A DNA stretch of 64,000 nucleotides from an uncultured Hyphomicrobiales bacterium. GTDB lineage: Bacteria; Bacteroidota; Ignavibacteria; Kapaibacteriales; UBA2268. The stretch is from the NCBI GenBank assembly GCA_964544155.1, contig CAZJAH010000005.1, forward strand, positions 13,420-77,419. Reading direction: 5' to 3'. Position numbers and translations under genes: made by a program. Below the pieces are notes generated by a model. It saw only the letters and a list, made by a program, of their open reading frames with translations. It was not told where the DNA came from and ran no database searches. Shown one piece after another: positions 9,621 through 18,224 of this stretch; position 1 is the stretch's first letter, and every line of letters begins with the position of its first letter.

Positions 9621-10448
9621 ATGAAACTAAAATTTGCCGCAATTAAAAGAGATACCAAATTTTCACCTAATCATGTCGAAACTGACGACAGGATCATCCA
9701 GAGCACAGCCGCCGCGCTAAGAGAAAAAGGCGCCGAAGTTAATATATATGAAGAATGTGACCTTAACAATGGCGGTATTAAAGAAGAATTCATATTTAAC
9801 ATGACTCGCAGCAAAGCAGCACTCAGTTACCTAAGCAGTAAGATCAGCAGCGGAGCTTTTGTTATTAATTCTCCCGAAGCAATTTTGAATTGCTATCGCG
9901 AAAACATGACCCGAATGCTTCCGGATAGCGGCATCCCATTTCCTAAAAATAAGATCATAAAAACAGGAGAGCACCAGAACGGAAGCCTGAACGGCTTTAC
10001 AAACGGCAGAATATGGGTCAAGCGCGGGGATGTACACGCTTTGCACAGAGAAGATGTAGCCGCGGTATTCGGCCCTGATGAAAGAGACCAACTCCTGATG
10101 GAATTCAATAAACGCGGCATAGAAAAAGCCGTTCTCCAGCAGCATCTGGAAGGCGATGTAGTTAAGTTCTACGCCGTGCGCGGAACGGATTTCTTCCATT
10201 GGTACTATTTCGACCGTAAGGAAGGCATACATTTCAGTGAGAAAAAGCTTCATGAGATCGCCATCGCTTCAGCAGAAGTGCTCGGTGTTGATATATATGG
10301 CGGTGACGCTGTAATATCTCCCGACGGCAGTATAAGGGTGATCGACCTGAACGACTGGCCGAGCTTCGCGCCCGTACGCAAACATGCCGCATCAGTGATA
10401 GCGGATTTTATTTTTACCAAAGCGCAAAGTTTTCTTAAGCAAAATTAA
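9621..10448 (+). CDS. ATP-grasp fold protein with ITPK1-like (inositol phosphate kinase-like) motifs
   Basis: VINSPEAI, GIPFP, WVKRGD, LQQHLEGDVVKFYAV, LGVDIYGGD, VIDLNDWPSF; ATG at 9621 preferred over the TTG at 9576. Confidence 0.7.
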   Translation: MKLKFAAIKRDTKFSPNHVETDDRIIQSTAAALREKGAEVNIYEECDLNNGGIKEEFIFNMTRSKAALSYLSSKISSGAFVINSPEAILNCYRENMTRMLPDSGIPFPKNKIIKTGEHQNGSLNGFTNGRIWVKRGDVHALHREDVAAVFGPDERDQLLMEFNKRGIEKAVLQQHLEGDVVKFYAVRGTDFFHWYYFDRKEGIHFSEKKLHEIAIASAEVLGVDIYGGDAVISPDGSIRVIDLNDWPSFAPVRKHAASVIADFIFTKAQSFLKQN

Positions 10449-10603
10449 TAATTTTCATTATTTTTGAACGCTCAATTTTAAATTATTTTTCTGAGCGATA
10501 AATGATTTTGTTTACTTTTGCCGATTCACTGAGCAAATCAACGGAATCATTCTTAAATATTAAACAGGATGAAATTACGCAACTTTTTTGAAGTGAAATC
10601 ATT

Positions 10604-11548
10604 ATGCCTGAAAAGCGCAACATAAGCCTTGAATCGACTTTTAAATCCAAAGACACAGAAGAATTTATAGACATATATTTCTACCGCCCGATCGGCTTAA
10701 AGACTGCCTTCCTCGCTGAAAGGCTGAATTTGACGCCAAATGCTGTTACCTATGTAAGCATTGTGCTTGGCTCCGTTGCAGGACATTTGTTTTTTTATGA
10801 TAATATATGGATAAATATCGCCGGTATGCTGCTGCTTATATGCGCCAATATACTCGACAGCGCGGACGGACAACTGGCCCGTATGACCGGGCAAACGACC
10901 AAAACAGGCCGATTCCTCGACGGGTTCGCCGGTAATCTTTGGTTCCTCAGCATTTATGTGCATATTGGCCTCAGGGTAATATCAGGCGGCGGCCCTCTGG
11001 CAGTGTTCCTGCTGCTGCTTGTTACGGGAGTTAACCACTCATTCCAGGCCGCTCTGGCAGACTATTACAGGAACTTTTATCTGTATATTGTGGCAAGGGT
11101 AAAAAATTCCAGGCCGGATGATTCTAAGGATATCGACGAAGAATTAAGCCGGATAAGATTTCAAGAAAATCCCGTCGGAAAAATTTTTACTAAACTATAT
11201 TCAAATTATACCAAGCAGCAGGAGCTCTTAACTCCCAAGCTTAATAAGCTCTTCAGATATATTCAGGATAAGTTCGATTACCCCTATCCCACAGACTTCA
11301 GGCAAGAGTATAAAAAATATAATAAGCCGCTTTTAAAATATACAAATATCCTTACTACAAATACCAGGTTTATTGCCTTATTTATATCGCTTTTCCTTGA
11401 TAGTGTTCTGCTTTATATTTATTTTGAACTGACTGTACTAAACGTGATCTTTGCTTACATGGTTATCAGGCAGGAAAGCACAAGCAATAGGCTTTTGCGG
11501 GGGCTTAAAAAATCGGAAACTGAAGAAATTCCGGAATACAGCAAATGA
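10604..11548 (+). CDS. CDP-alcohol phosphotransferase (DIPPS/PIPS-like)
   Basis: LTPNAVT and DSADGQLARMTGQTTKTGRFLDG signature. Confidence 0.88.
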   Translation: MPEKRNISLESTFKSKDTEEFIDIYFYRPIGLKTAFLAERLNLTPNAVTYVSIVLGSVAGHLFFYDNIWINIAGMLLLICANILDSADGQLARMTGQTTKTGRFLDGFAGNLWFLSIYVHIGLRVISGGGPLAVFLLLLVTGVNHSFQAALADYYRNFYLYIVARVKNSRPDDSKDIDEELSRIRFQENPVGKIFTKLYSNYTKQQELLTPKLNKLFRYIQDKFDYPYPTDFRQEYKKYNKPLLKYTNILTTNTRFIALFISLFLDSVLLYIYFELTVLNVIFAYMVIRQESTSNRLLRGLKKSETEEIPEYSK

Positions 11549-12582
11549 AGGGGACAAAATTATCGGGGATGATATTTTTTGTCCTGGGATTCGCAATCCT
11601 TACCTACCTTGTAATAGACTTAGGCGTTGATAAAATCTATGAAAATATTCTAAAAACCGGCTGGTGGTTTATACCGGTTGTCGGTATATGGCTATTTATC
11701 TATTTGTTGAATGCCTTTGCATGGAATTACATTATCGGCAGAAAATATTCACCAGGCTATGGACATGTCCTAGGCATAACCGTCAGCGGCTTCGCGATTA
11801 ATTACATCACTCCTTTTGTAAATCTTGGCGGGGAGCCATACCGCATAATGGCATTAAAAGAAGCCACAGGTATTCATAAGGCAGTATCATCGGTTATCCT
11901 TTATACCATGATGCATATGTTTTCGCATATCATCTTCTGGGTGATAACCATTTTCCTGTATCTGATATTCTGGCCGATGAGCGATTTTCTGTTTACATTT
12001 TTAAGTATATCACTGGCAGTTCTACTCTTACTGCTGTGGTTTTTCTTCACAAGGTATAAAGCAGGCGTCCTACTTTCTTTCACTAATCTAGTCAAAAAGC
12101 TGAAATTTCTTAAAAAGATCAACAAAATTATAGAGAGCAAGCAGGATAGCCTGAAAATGATAGACGATCAGATCAAGTACCTTTACTTCAACAGGCCGAA
12201 AGCTTTTATTATAGCATTGGGGCTCGAGTTCATCGGCAGGATAATGGCAGCCAGCGAATTTTACTTTATAATTCTGGCAGTGAATATCGAAGCCAGCTTC
12301 CCGGATACACTTATGGTCTATTCCGGCGTAACATTATTTACCAATATATTATTCTTTATGCCGCTGCAGCTGGGCTCGCGCGAGGGCGGGCTGTATATTG
12401 TTTTCGAAAGTATGGGCATTAGCCCTGAGATGGGGGTATTCGTAAGCCTTATAACCAGAATTAGAGAATTATTTTGGATTCTGATAGGGCTTCTTTTAAT
12501 TAAAATAAATAACTTAGGAAATCATAAAAACAGGATCCCCGAACTTAGCGGAAAGGAAAAAGAATTATTAGATAAGACCTAA
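11545..12582 (+). CDS. Lysylphosphatidylglycerol synthase TM-domain (flippase-like, UPF0104) protein
   Basis: About 8 TM segments, NYITPFVNLGGEPYR, PLQLGSREG, LITRIREL. Confidence 0.85.
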   Translation: MKGTKLSGMIFFVLGFAILTYLVIDLGVDKIYENILKTGWWFIPVVGIWLFIYLLNAFAWNYIIGRKYSPGYGHVLGITVSGFAINYITPFVNLGGEPYRIMALKEATGIHKAVSSVILYTMMHMFSHIIFWVITIFLYLIFWPMSDFLFTFLSISLAVLLLLLWFFFTRYKAGVLLSFTNLVKKLKFLKKINKIIESKQDSLKMIDDQIKYLYFNRPKAFIIALGLEFIGRIMAASEFYFIILAVNIEASFPDTLMVYSGVTLFTNILFFMPLQLGSREGGLYIVFESMGISPEMGVFVSLITRIRELFWILIGLLLIKINNLGNHKNRIPELSGKEKELLDKT

Positions 12583-12701
12583 TTATCAAATAAATTAATA
12601 TTTAGTATATTTCCTAACACAAAATGAATAAACTTCTTGGTAAATTGAAATTCAATATTTAAATTAAAGTTTAGCGGCGATAAAACGATTATTTTTAAAA
12701 G

Positions 12702-12734
12702 GGATCAGCCGGATTGCTATTCAGCTGATCCTTT
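12702..12734 (+). terminator. Stem-loop (possible terminator or processing hairpin) inside the inositol cluster
   Basis: GGATCAGC...GCTGATCC stem with a 14-nt loop followed by TTT. Confidence 0.4.
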
Positions 12735-12817
12735 AATATAAAAAACAGTGATTTGTAGTGTTTTTTAAATTAGGAAGGGAAAAATAAAGAACTAATGGAT
12801 ATTCCGGAGGCAAATTA

Positions 12818-13561
12818 ATGCGAATTAAAGCTCTTTTATTTGATTTTGGCGGAACCATTGATACTGATGGTATGCATTGGAGCGAAAAATTTTGGGAAGC
12901 GTATACACTTAAAAATATCCCAGTATCCAAGGAAGATTACGAGAAGGCGTACGTGTGGGCTGATGAGCAGATGAACAGGATGGAAATTAATGAGAATATG
13001 AAATTCCGCCAGATAATTGAAAGTAAGATATCACTTCAATTGCAATTTTTAGAAAAAAATAGCAGGCTAAAAGTTAAAAAAGATACGAACGAACTGATCG
13101 AAGACCTTACAGGCCTTCTTTACAGCGAAGTATCAAAAAATATACTGCGCAATACAAAGCTTCTGATGGAATTAAGCATGAAATACCATATTGGTGTTGT
13201 TTCCAATTTTTACGGCAATCTGGAAACAGTCATGCAGGAATTTAAATTGCAGAATTTTATCACAACGATAATAGATTCAAAAGTTGTCGGATTACGAAAG
13301 CCCGACCCCGCCATATATAATGAAGCATGCGAGGATATCGGTATAAGTACGCGAGAGGCCATAGTTATCGGTGATGATTACGAAAAGGACATTGAAAGCT
13401 CCAAAAAGATCGGCTGCTCTACTGTGTGGCTGGACGGCCAGAGCTGGAAAAAACCTAATACCACTCCGGACGCCGATGTGATAATCAAATCCCTTGATCA
13501 GGTTAGAAATGCCATCAAAAGAATTGAATCAAAACTGGAAGATCAGAATGAAGCTCAGTAA
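12818..13561 (+). CDS. HAD-superfamily hydrolase
   Basis: FDFGGTIDTDG motif I, VVSN, RKPDPAIY, IGDDYEKDI. Confidence 0.9.
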   Translation: MRIKALLFDFGGTIDTDGMHWSEKFWEAYTLKNIPVSKEDYEKAYVWADEQMNRMEINENMKFRQIIESKISLQLQFLEKNSRLKVKKDTNELIEDLTGLLYSEVSKNILRNTKLLMELSMKYHIGVVSNFYGNLETVMQEFKLQNFITTIIDSKVVGLRKPDPAIYNEACEDIGISTREAIVIGDDYEKDIESSKKIGCSTVWLDGQSWKKPNTTPDADVIIKSLDQVRNAIKRIESKLEDQNEAQ

Positions 13562-13609
13562 TCGGAAGCTTCTGATGAATAAGAATTTAAAGATATTTAC
13601 GGAGTAATA

Positions 13610-14917
13610 ATGGATAAGAAAGATATTAAGGGCCCCCAAGGAAAATTAGGAGTTCTGATAGTTGGTTTTAACGGTGCGATATCTACTACTTTTTTAGCAG
13701 GAGTGATGTCTATCAAACAGGGCAAAGCTCTGCCAATCGGTTCACTTACACAAATGGCCACTATAAGAATAGGCACACGAATCAAGAAGCAGTTCCCTAA
13801 GATTAAAGATTTCGTTCCTCTTGAAAGCCTGGAAAATCTTGTTTTCGGCGGTTGGGATATCAGGGATGAAAATATTTATGATGCTGCGATCGATAACAAA
13901 GTGCTCGATAGCCGCGATATTGAACCATTTAAGAACGAACTTACGCAACTTCATCCTATGAAGGGGGTTTTCCAACAAAAATATGTTGCCAAACTTAAGG
14001 GCGATTACATAAAGAATGGCTCTAACAAGTTCGAACTCATGGAAATGCTCAGGGAAGACATCAGGAATTTCAAAAAAGAAAACGCCTGTGACCGGCTAGT
14101 CATGATATGGTGCGGAAGCACGGAAATATTCCAGTCAAAACATGAAGTTCACGAAAGTATTGAATCTTTTGAACAAGCTATGAAGGATAGCCACGACTCT
14201 GTTTCACCCAGTATGCTTTATGCCTGGGCCGCGCTATCGGAAGGAATACCATATATTAACGGCGCTCCAAACCTGACTATCGACATGCCGGCTATGAGAC
14301 AGCTTGCCGAAATAAACCAGGTACCATTGGCAGGCAAGGATTTCAAAACCGGCCAAACCATGATAAAAACAGTTATCGCTCCCATGCTGAAAGCAAGAAT
14401 GATTGGCCTGGAAGGCTGGTTCTCAAGTAATATACTGGGTAACAGGGACGGCGAAGTGCTGGACGATCCGGATTCCTTCAAAACAAAGGAGGAAAGCAAA
14501 CTCTCGGTTATAGATGATATTCTTCAGCCGGATATTTACCCCGATCTGTACAAGGATTATTATCATAAAGTACGTATACACTACTATCCGCCCCGCGGCG
14601 ATAACAAAGAAGGCTGGGATAATATTGACATTTTCGGCTGGTTGGGCTACAAAATGGAACTGAAAATCAATTTCCTTTGCAGGGATTCCATACTGGCTGC
14701 GCCCATAGTACTCGACCTGGTTCTGCTTTCTGATCTGGCACAGCGCTGCGGCATGAGCGGCATACAGGAATGGCTCTCATTCTACTTTAAAAGCCCCATG
14801 CACTCAGAGGAAATCATTCCCGAGCACGATCTGTTCATACAGCTCATGAAGCTTAAAAACACCCTCAGGGAAATAATGGGCGAAGAAGTTATAACTCATT
14901 TAGACTATAAACCGTAA
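13610..14917 (+). CDS. ino1: myo-Inositol-3(1)-phosphate synthase (MIPS)
   Basis: FGGWDI, WCGSTE, NGAPN, GKDFKTGQT, NILGNRDG, GDNKEGWD, CRDSILAAP, SFYFKSP. Confidence 0.95.
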   Translation: MDKKDIKGPQGKLGVLIVGFNGAISTTFLAGVMSIKQGKALPIGSLTQMATIRIGTRIKKQFPKIKDFVPLESLENLVFGGWDIRDENIYDAAIDNKVLDSRDIEPFKNELTQLHPMKGVFQQKYVAKLKGDYIKNGSNKFELMEMLREDIRNFKKENACDRLVMIWCGSTEIFQSKHEVHESIESFEQAMKDSHDSVSPSMLYAWAALSEGIPYINGAPNLTIDMPAMRQLAEINQVPLAGKDFKTGQTMIKTVIAPMLKARMIGLEGWFSSNILGNRDGEVLDDPDSFKTKEESKLSVIDDILQPDIYPDLYKDYYHKVRIHYYPPRGDNKEGWDNIDIFGWLGYKMELKINFLCRDSILAAPIVLDLVLLSDLAQRCGMSGIQEWLSFYFKSPMHSEEIIPEHDLFIQLMKLKNTLREIMGEEVITHLDYKP

Positions 14918-14935
14918 TTTATTGCTTCTGGTAAT

Positions 14936-14960
14936 GGCGGGGTAATCCCCCGCCTGTTTT
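14936..14960 (+). terminator. Intrinsic terminator after MIPS
   Basis: GGCGGGG-TAATC-CCCCGCC followed by TGTTTT. Confidence 0.7.
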
Positions 14961-15087
14961 GTTTCGTACAAGATTCGGCTGAGCTAATGCGCTATGGCCT
15001 GCCACCCGGGGCATGAGTAAGGTTTTACACAGCACTGGCCGGCATATACCGGTATCAAAACTAAATATCAAAAAAAAGGATCAGCTC

Positions 15088-15561
15088 TTATTTTTTTTTC
15101 CTGAATATTAACGGCGTTATCAGAGACAGTATAAGGCCGATCAGGAAACTGCCTCCGGCTACCTGTATCAGGTATGAAGGAGTGTTGAAATAAGCCTCCA
15201 TACTTTCGGCTGTCACATCCGGGTCATGTTCCGCTAAATATGCTTTCATTGTTTCGAAAAAATCCGGATTGATTATTTCGTGATAGACTATCTGGCCCGC
15301 TAGTGAAATAACTATTACTATACCGGTAATTGCCATGCCTGATTTGAATCCCTGCCCGTACGGAAGGCCTTCAGTAAATTCACTGTCACGCTTTTCCTTC
15401 ATGGCGAAAACATAGCCGAGAACCGGTATCAAAAAGGCGAAATTCGTAATTATGGGATGCATGGCGATATTTGTTGTATGAAATCCCAAAAAATACTCCA
15501 GCACAACCCAGATAAACATACCAAGCCCGATTATAACACCGAATTTAAGTTCAGTTTTCAT
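15088..15561 (-). CDS. DUF4199-like membrane protein
   Basis: Four TM segments, YGQGFKSG, YHEIINPDFF. Confidence 0.7.
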   Translation of the reverse strand: MKTELKFGVIIGLGMFIWVVLEYFLGFHTTNIAMHPIITNFAFLIPVLGYVFAMKEKRDSEFTEGLPYGQGFKSGMAITGIVIVISLAGQIVYHEIINPDFFETMKAYLAEHDPDVTAESMEAYFNTPSYLIQVAGGSFLIGLILSLITPLIFRKKK

Positions 15562-15639
15562 TTTATTCCCTTATGTTAAAATATTTTTCATGCTTTAAGC
15601 TATACGAATATAAGGTTATTTCTTTCAATGAAGAAGAAA

Positions 15640-15670
15640 AATTTCGGCTAAAATAATTTTAGCCGAAATT
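15640..15670. repeat. Perfect 31-bp palindrome in a divergent intergenic region
   Basis: AATTTCGGCTAAAAT-A-ATTTTAGCCGAAATT (15-bp arms, 1-nt centre). Confidence 0.9.
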
Positions 15671-15744
15671 ACGTCAGAAACAATGGATTTTTTATATTTG
15701 TCGTTTGATGAAAAGGCAAATCACTAATTTAAGGGAAGAAAGCC

Positions 15745-16050
15745 ATGCCTTTATATGATTACAAATGCGAGACATGCGGCAAAACTTTTGAATACAGGCA
15801 GAGCATTAATGACGAGCCGCTTACCACGGCGCCTGCCGGAGTATGCGATTGCGCTGAAGGGCAGGGCAAAGTGCACAGAATATTAAGCAGTAATATTGGC
15901 CTTGTATTTAAGGGTTCGGGATTTTACCTTACTGATTACGCCAAGAACAGCACAAGCGCCGCTGACAGTAACGGCCATAGCAAGGTTAAATCCGAAGCAT
16001 CTAACGGCGCTGCCAGTCCATGCGCTTCATGCGATGCCGCTAAAAACTAA
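15745..16050 (+). CDS. FmdB-family zinc ribbon protein
   Basis: MPLYDYKCETCGKTFE...C..C...FKGSGFYLTDY, C-terminal CASC. Confidence 0.88.
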   Translation: MPLYDYKCETCGKTFEYRQSINDEPLTTAPAGVCDCAEGQGKVHRILSSNIGLVFKGSGFYLTDYAKNSTSAADSNGHSKVKSEASNGAASPCASCDAAKN

Positions 16051-16072
16051 AAGACGATCTTGATAATAGACG

Positions 16073-16101
16073 AAAGCCGCCCTTTTCAGGACGGCTTTTT
16101 T
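16073..16101 (+). terminator. Intrinsic terminator
   Basis: AAAGCCG...CGGCTTTTTT. Confidence 0.75.
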
Positions 16102-16403
16102 GATAGAATTAACTGCTATCACAATTAATTTATTCTTGCTTTATATCTCTTCTATTTATCCTTTAACTCTGAGTCTCAAGTTTAATCTGCTCCTACAGGC
16201 GCATATTCTATTCTTCGGCGCGGTTAATTATTGAAAATGTATGTCTTCCTTCAATTCGGAATATTTGTAATCAATTGATCTGTTCATCAAAGTTTTAAAT
16301 CAATATTAACCAAAATCTAATATATAATGATAATATTTTTAAAATAAGCGGATAAACTTAAGGTTTCAATTAATTAAAACCGCCCCGAAGGAAACGGAGC
16401 CTG

Positions 16404-16476
16404 AGCCAACAAGCGGACTCGAACCGCTGACCTATTCATTACGAGTGAATTGCTCTACCAGCTGAGCTATGTTGGC
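16404..16476 (-). tRNA. tRNA-Thr(CGT)
   Basis: GCCAACATAGCTCAGCTGGTAGAGCAATTCACT-CGT-AATGAATAGGTCAGCGGTTCGAGTCCGCTTGTTGGCT: complete cloverleaf, TTCGA T-loop, CCA not encoded; TAAATTTG promoter-like element just upstream. Confidence 0.97.
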
Positions 16477-16532
16477 ATAATTACAAATTTACAAAATCCG
16501 GGGCTTTTCTTCAAGGGATAAATTATGCTGAG

Positions 16533-17441
16533 TTAATGGCAGAAAAGTTTCGATCCATGCCCCGAGCGAAATTCCGGCTGTATTGTCACGTGCGTTATGT
16601 CGAAATTTTCAATCAGGAATTTTTCAATATTTACTCTGATCTCATCTATACGGCTAATATTGAGGTCTTCTTTGAGATCCAAATGACAGTCGAAATGCAA
16701 ATGCTTGTCATCGAGCTGCCACAAATGAATGTGATGAATGTTTTCAATTCCGTCGATGCTTTCGATATGTCGCCTCAATTTCTCTACATTGATTCCTTTG
16801 GGAGCTGCCTGCATAAGTATATCAATAGTTTCCCGGAGCACGGAATAAGTTTCTTTTATTATATAAGCACTGATAAGCACGGTGATAAGAGGATCAATCC
16901 AATACATTTCATAAAAATATATAAGAATTCCGCCGATAACTACCGCCACCGATGAAAGAGTATCACCGAGTAAATGCAGGTAGGCAGCTTTAATATTAAT
17001 ATTCCTGGCTTTATCCTTGTGCAATAGTAATACCGCGACTAAGTTCGCCAGCAGGCCGATCAAAGCCACAATGAACATCAGCAAGCCTTTTATCGGCTCA
17101 GGGTTCTGAAAGCGAAGCCATGCCTCGTAGAATAGGTATAAACATATAGCTATAAGGGTAACGGCATTGAAAAGTGCGGCGAGAATCTGTATCCGCCTGT
17201 AACCGAAGGTTTTACGTTCATTGGATTTTCTTTTGCTTATCTTAAAGGCCGCCCAGGCAATAAATACCGAAACGGTATCTCCCAGATTATGAATAGCATC
17301 GGATAGAAGAGCGAGTGAGTTAGAAAGAAGGCCGCCGATAATTTCGGCGGCCGTAATGATAAAATTCAGAAAAACCGTGGCTAATAGCTTGCCGCCGCTG
17401 ACTTCATCATGAGTATGATTTCCGTGGGATTGCCCGGGCAT
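16533..17441 (-). CDS. Cation diffusion facilitator (CzcD/ZitB-like metal exporter)
   Basis: SLALLSDAIHNLGD, TFGYRR, AAYLHLLGD, HHIHLW, HVTIQPE. Confidence 0.92.
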   Translation of the reverse strand: MPGQSHGNHTHDEVSGGKLLATVFLNFIITAAEIIGGLLSNSLALLSDAIHNLGDTVSVFIAWAAFKISKRKSNERKTFGYRRIQILAALFNAVTLIAICLYLFYEAWLRFQNPEPIKGLLMFIVALIGLLANLVAVLLLHKDKARNINIKAAYLHLLGDTLSSVAVVIGGILIYFYEMYWIDPLITVLISAYIIKETYSVLRETIDILMQAAPKGINVEKLRRHIESIDGIENIHHIHLWQLDDKHLHFDCHLDLKEDLNISRIDEIRVNIEKFLIENFDITHVTIQPEFRSGHGSKLFCH

Positions 17442-18112
17442 TATTCAGCGTCCTGAGTTTCCTTCACGGGTTCAACATAAATATTTCCGGCAATTTCATG
17501 ACCGATTATTTTATTCTGTTTGTTATAATTGATTGTAATTGGCCCGTTGAAAGGGGCTTTATCTATAACTATCACGTTAACATTAGGTATAAGCCCCATT
17601 TTTTCGAAGTAAGCAAGCATTTCGGGGTCTTCATCCGAGAGCCTTTTGATGATCACTTCTTTTCCCGGGTCAATATCGAGTAGTTTTTTCTCATTATGCT
17701 CCGGTAAGCGGCCTTCTTTGTTCGGTATGGGATGTCCGTGGGGATCATACTGCGGCTTACCTAATAACTTATCGATCTTATCCACAAATTCATCTGAAAT
17801 GGCGTGCTCGAGCCTGCAGGCTTCATCATGCACTTTTTCAAGTGAAAATCCGAGCATTTCTTTCAGGTAAAGCTCCAACAGCCTGTGATGCCTGATGATT
17901 TCAAGGGCTATTTTTTTCCCTTCGCCGGTAAGCCTTACTCCTTTGTAAGAGTTATAATCCACCATCCCCATAGTGGAAAGCCTTTTAAGCATACCTGTTA
18001 CCGACGCGCCGGATATATTCAGCTCCTTCGCTATCTTTGTTGTCGAAACCGGGCCGTTTTCTTCCAGCTTATAGATTGTTTTTAAATAATCCTGTACTGC
18101 CTGACTTAACAT
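17441..18112 (-). CDS. DtxR/MntR-family metal-dependent repressor with C-terminal FeoA domain
   Basis: QDYLKTIY, RHHRLLELYL, VHDEACRLEH, DPHGHPIP, APFNGPI. Confidence 0.93.
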   Translation of the reverse strand: MLSQAVQDYLKTIYKLEENGPVSTTKIAKELNISGASVTGMLKRLSTMGMVDYNSYKGVRLTGEGKKIALEIIRHHRLLELYLKEMLGFSLEKVHDEACRLEHAISDEFVDKIDKLLGKPQYDPHGHPIPNKEGRLPEHNEKKLLDIDPGKEVIIKRLSDEDPEMLAYFEKMGLIPNVNVIVIDKAPFNGPITINYNKQNKIIGHEIAGNIYVEPVKETQDAE

Positions 18113-18172
18113 TTCTCTTCACTTTTTCTAATTTATACACTCTATATCATTTTGTACAAAACTAAGAAATTT

Positions 18173-18188
18173 TTTAAACTTATCTAAA
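18173..18188. promoter_or_regulatory. Putative DtxR/MntR operator upstream of the repressor-CDF genes
   Basis: Minus strand TTTAG-ATAAGT-TTAAA, one mismatch to TTTAG-N6-CTAAA; a TAGTTTTG -7-like element lies just downstream. Confidence 0.55.
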
Positions 18189-18224
18189 TATTTGATAATA
18201 ACAAGCCTAAATTAATACTCGTGA

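Noticed and set aside
12568-12582. TTAG-ATAAGAC-CTAA near-match to the metal box
   Set aside because: The spacer is 7 rather than 6, it lies in a coding 3' end, and there is no metal-related downstream gene.
12665-12683. TAAAGTTT...GGCGATAA resembling a sigma28 promoter before the HAD gene
   Set aside because: The spacing between the elements is far too short.
16100-16403. Possible island integrated at the 3' end of tRNA-Thr
   Set aside because: No integrase, no duplicated tRNA 3' end (att site) and no foreign cargo seen.
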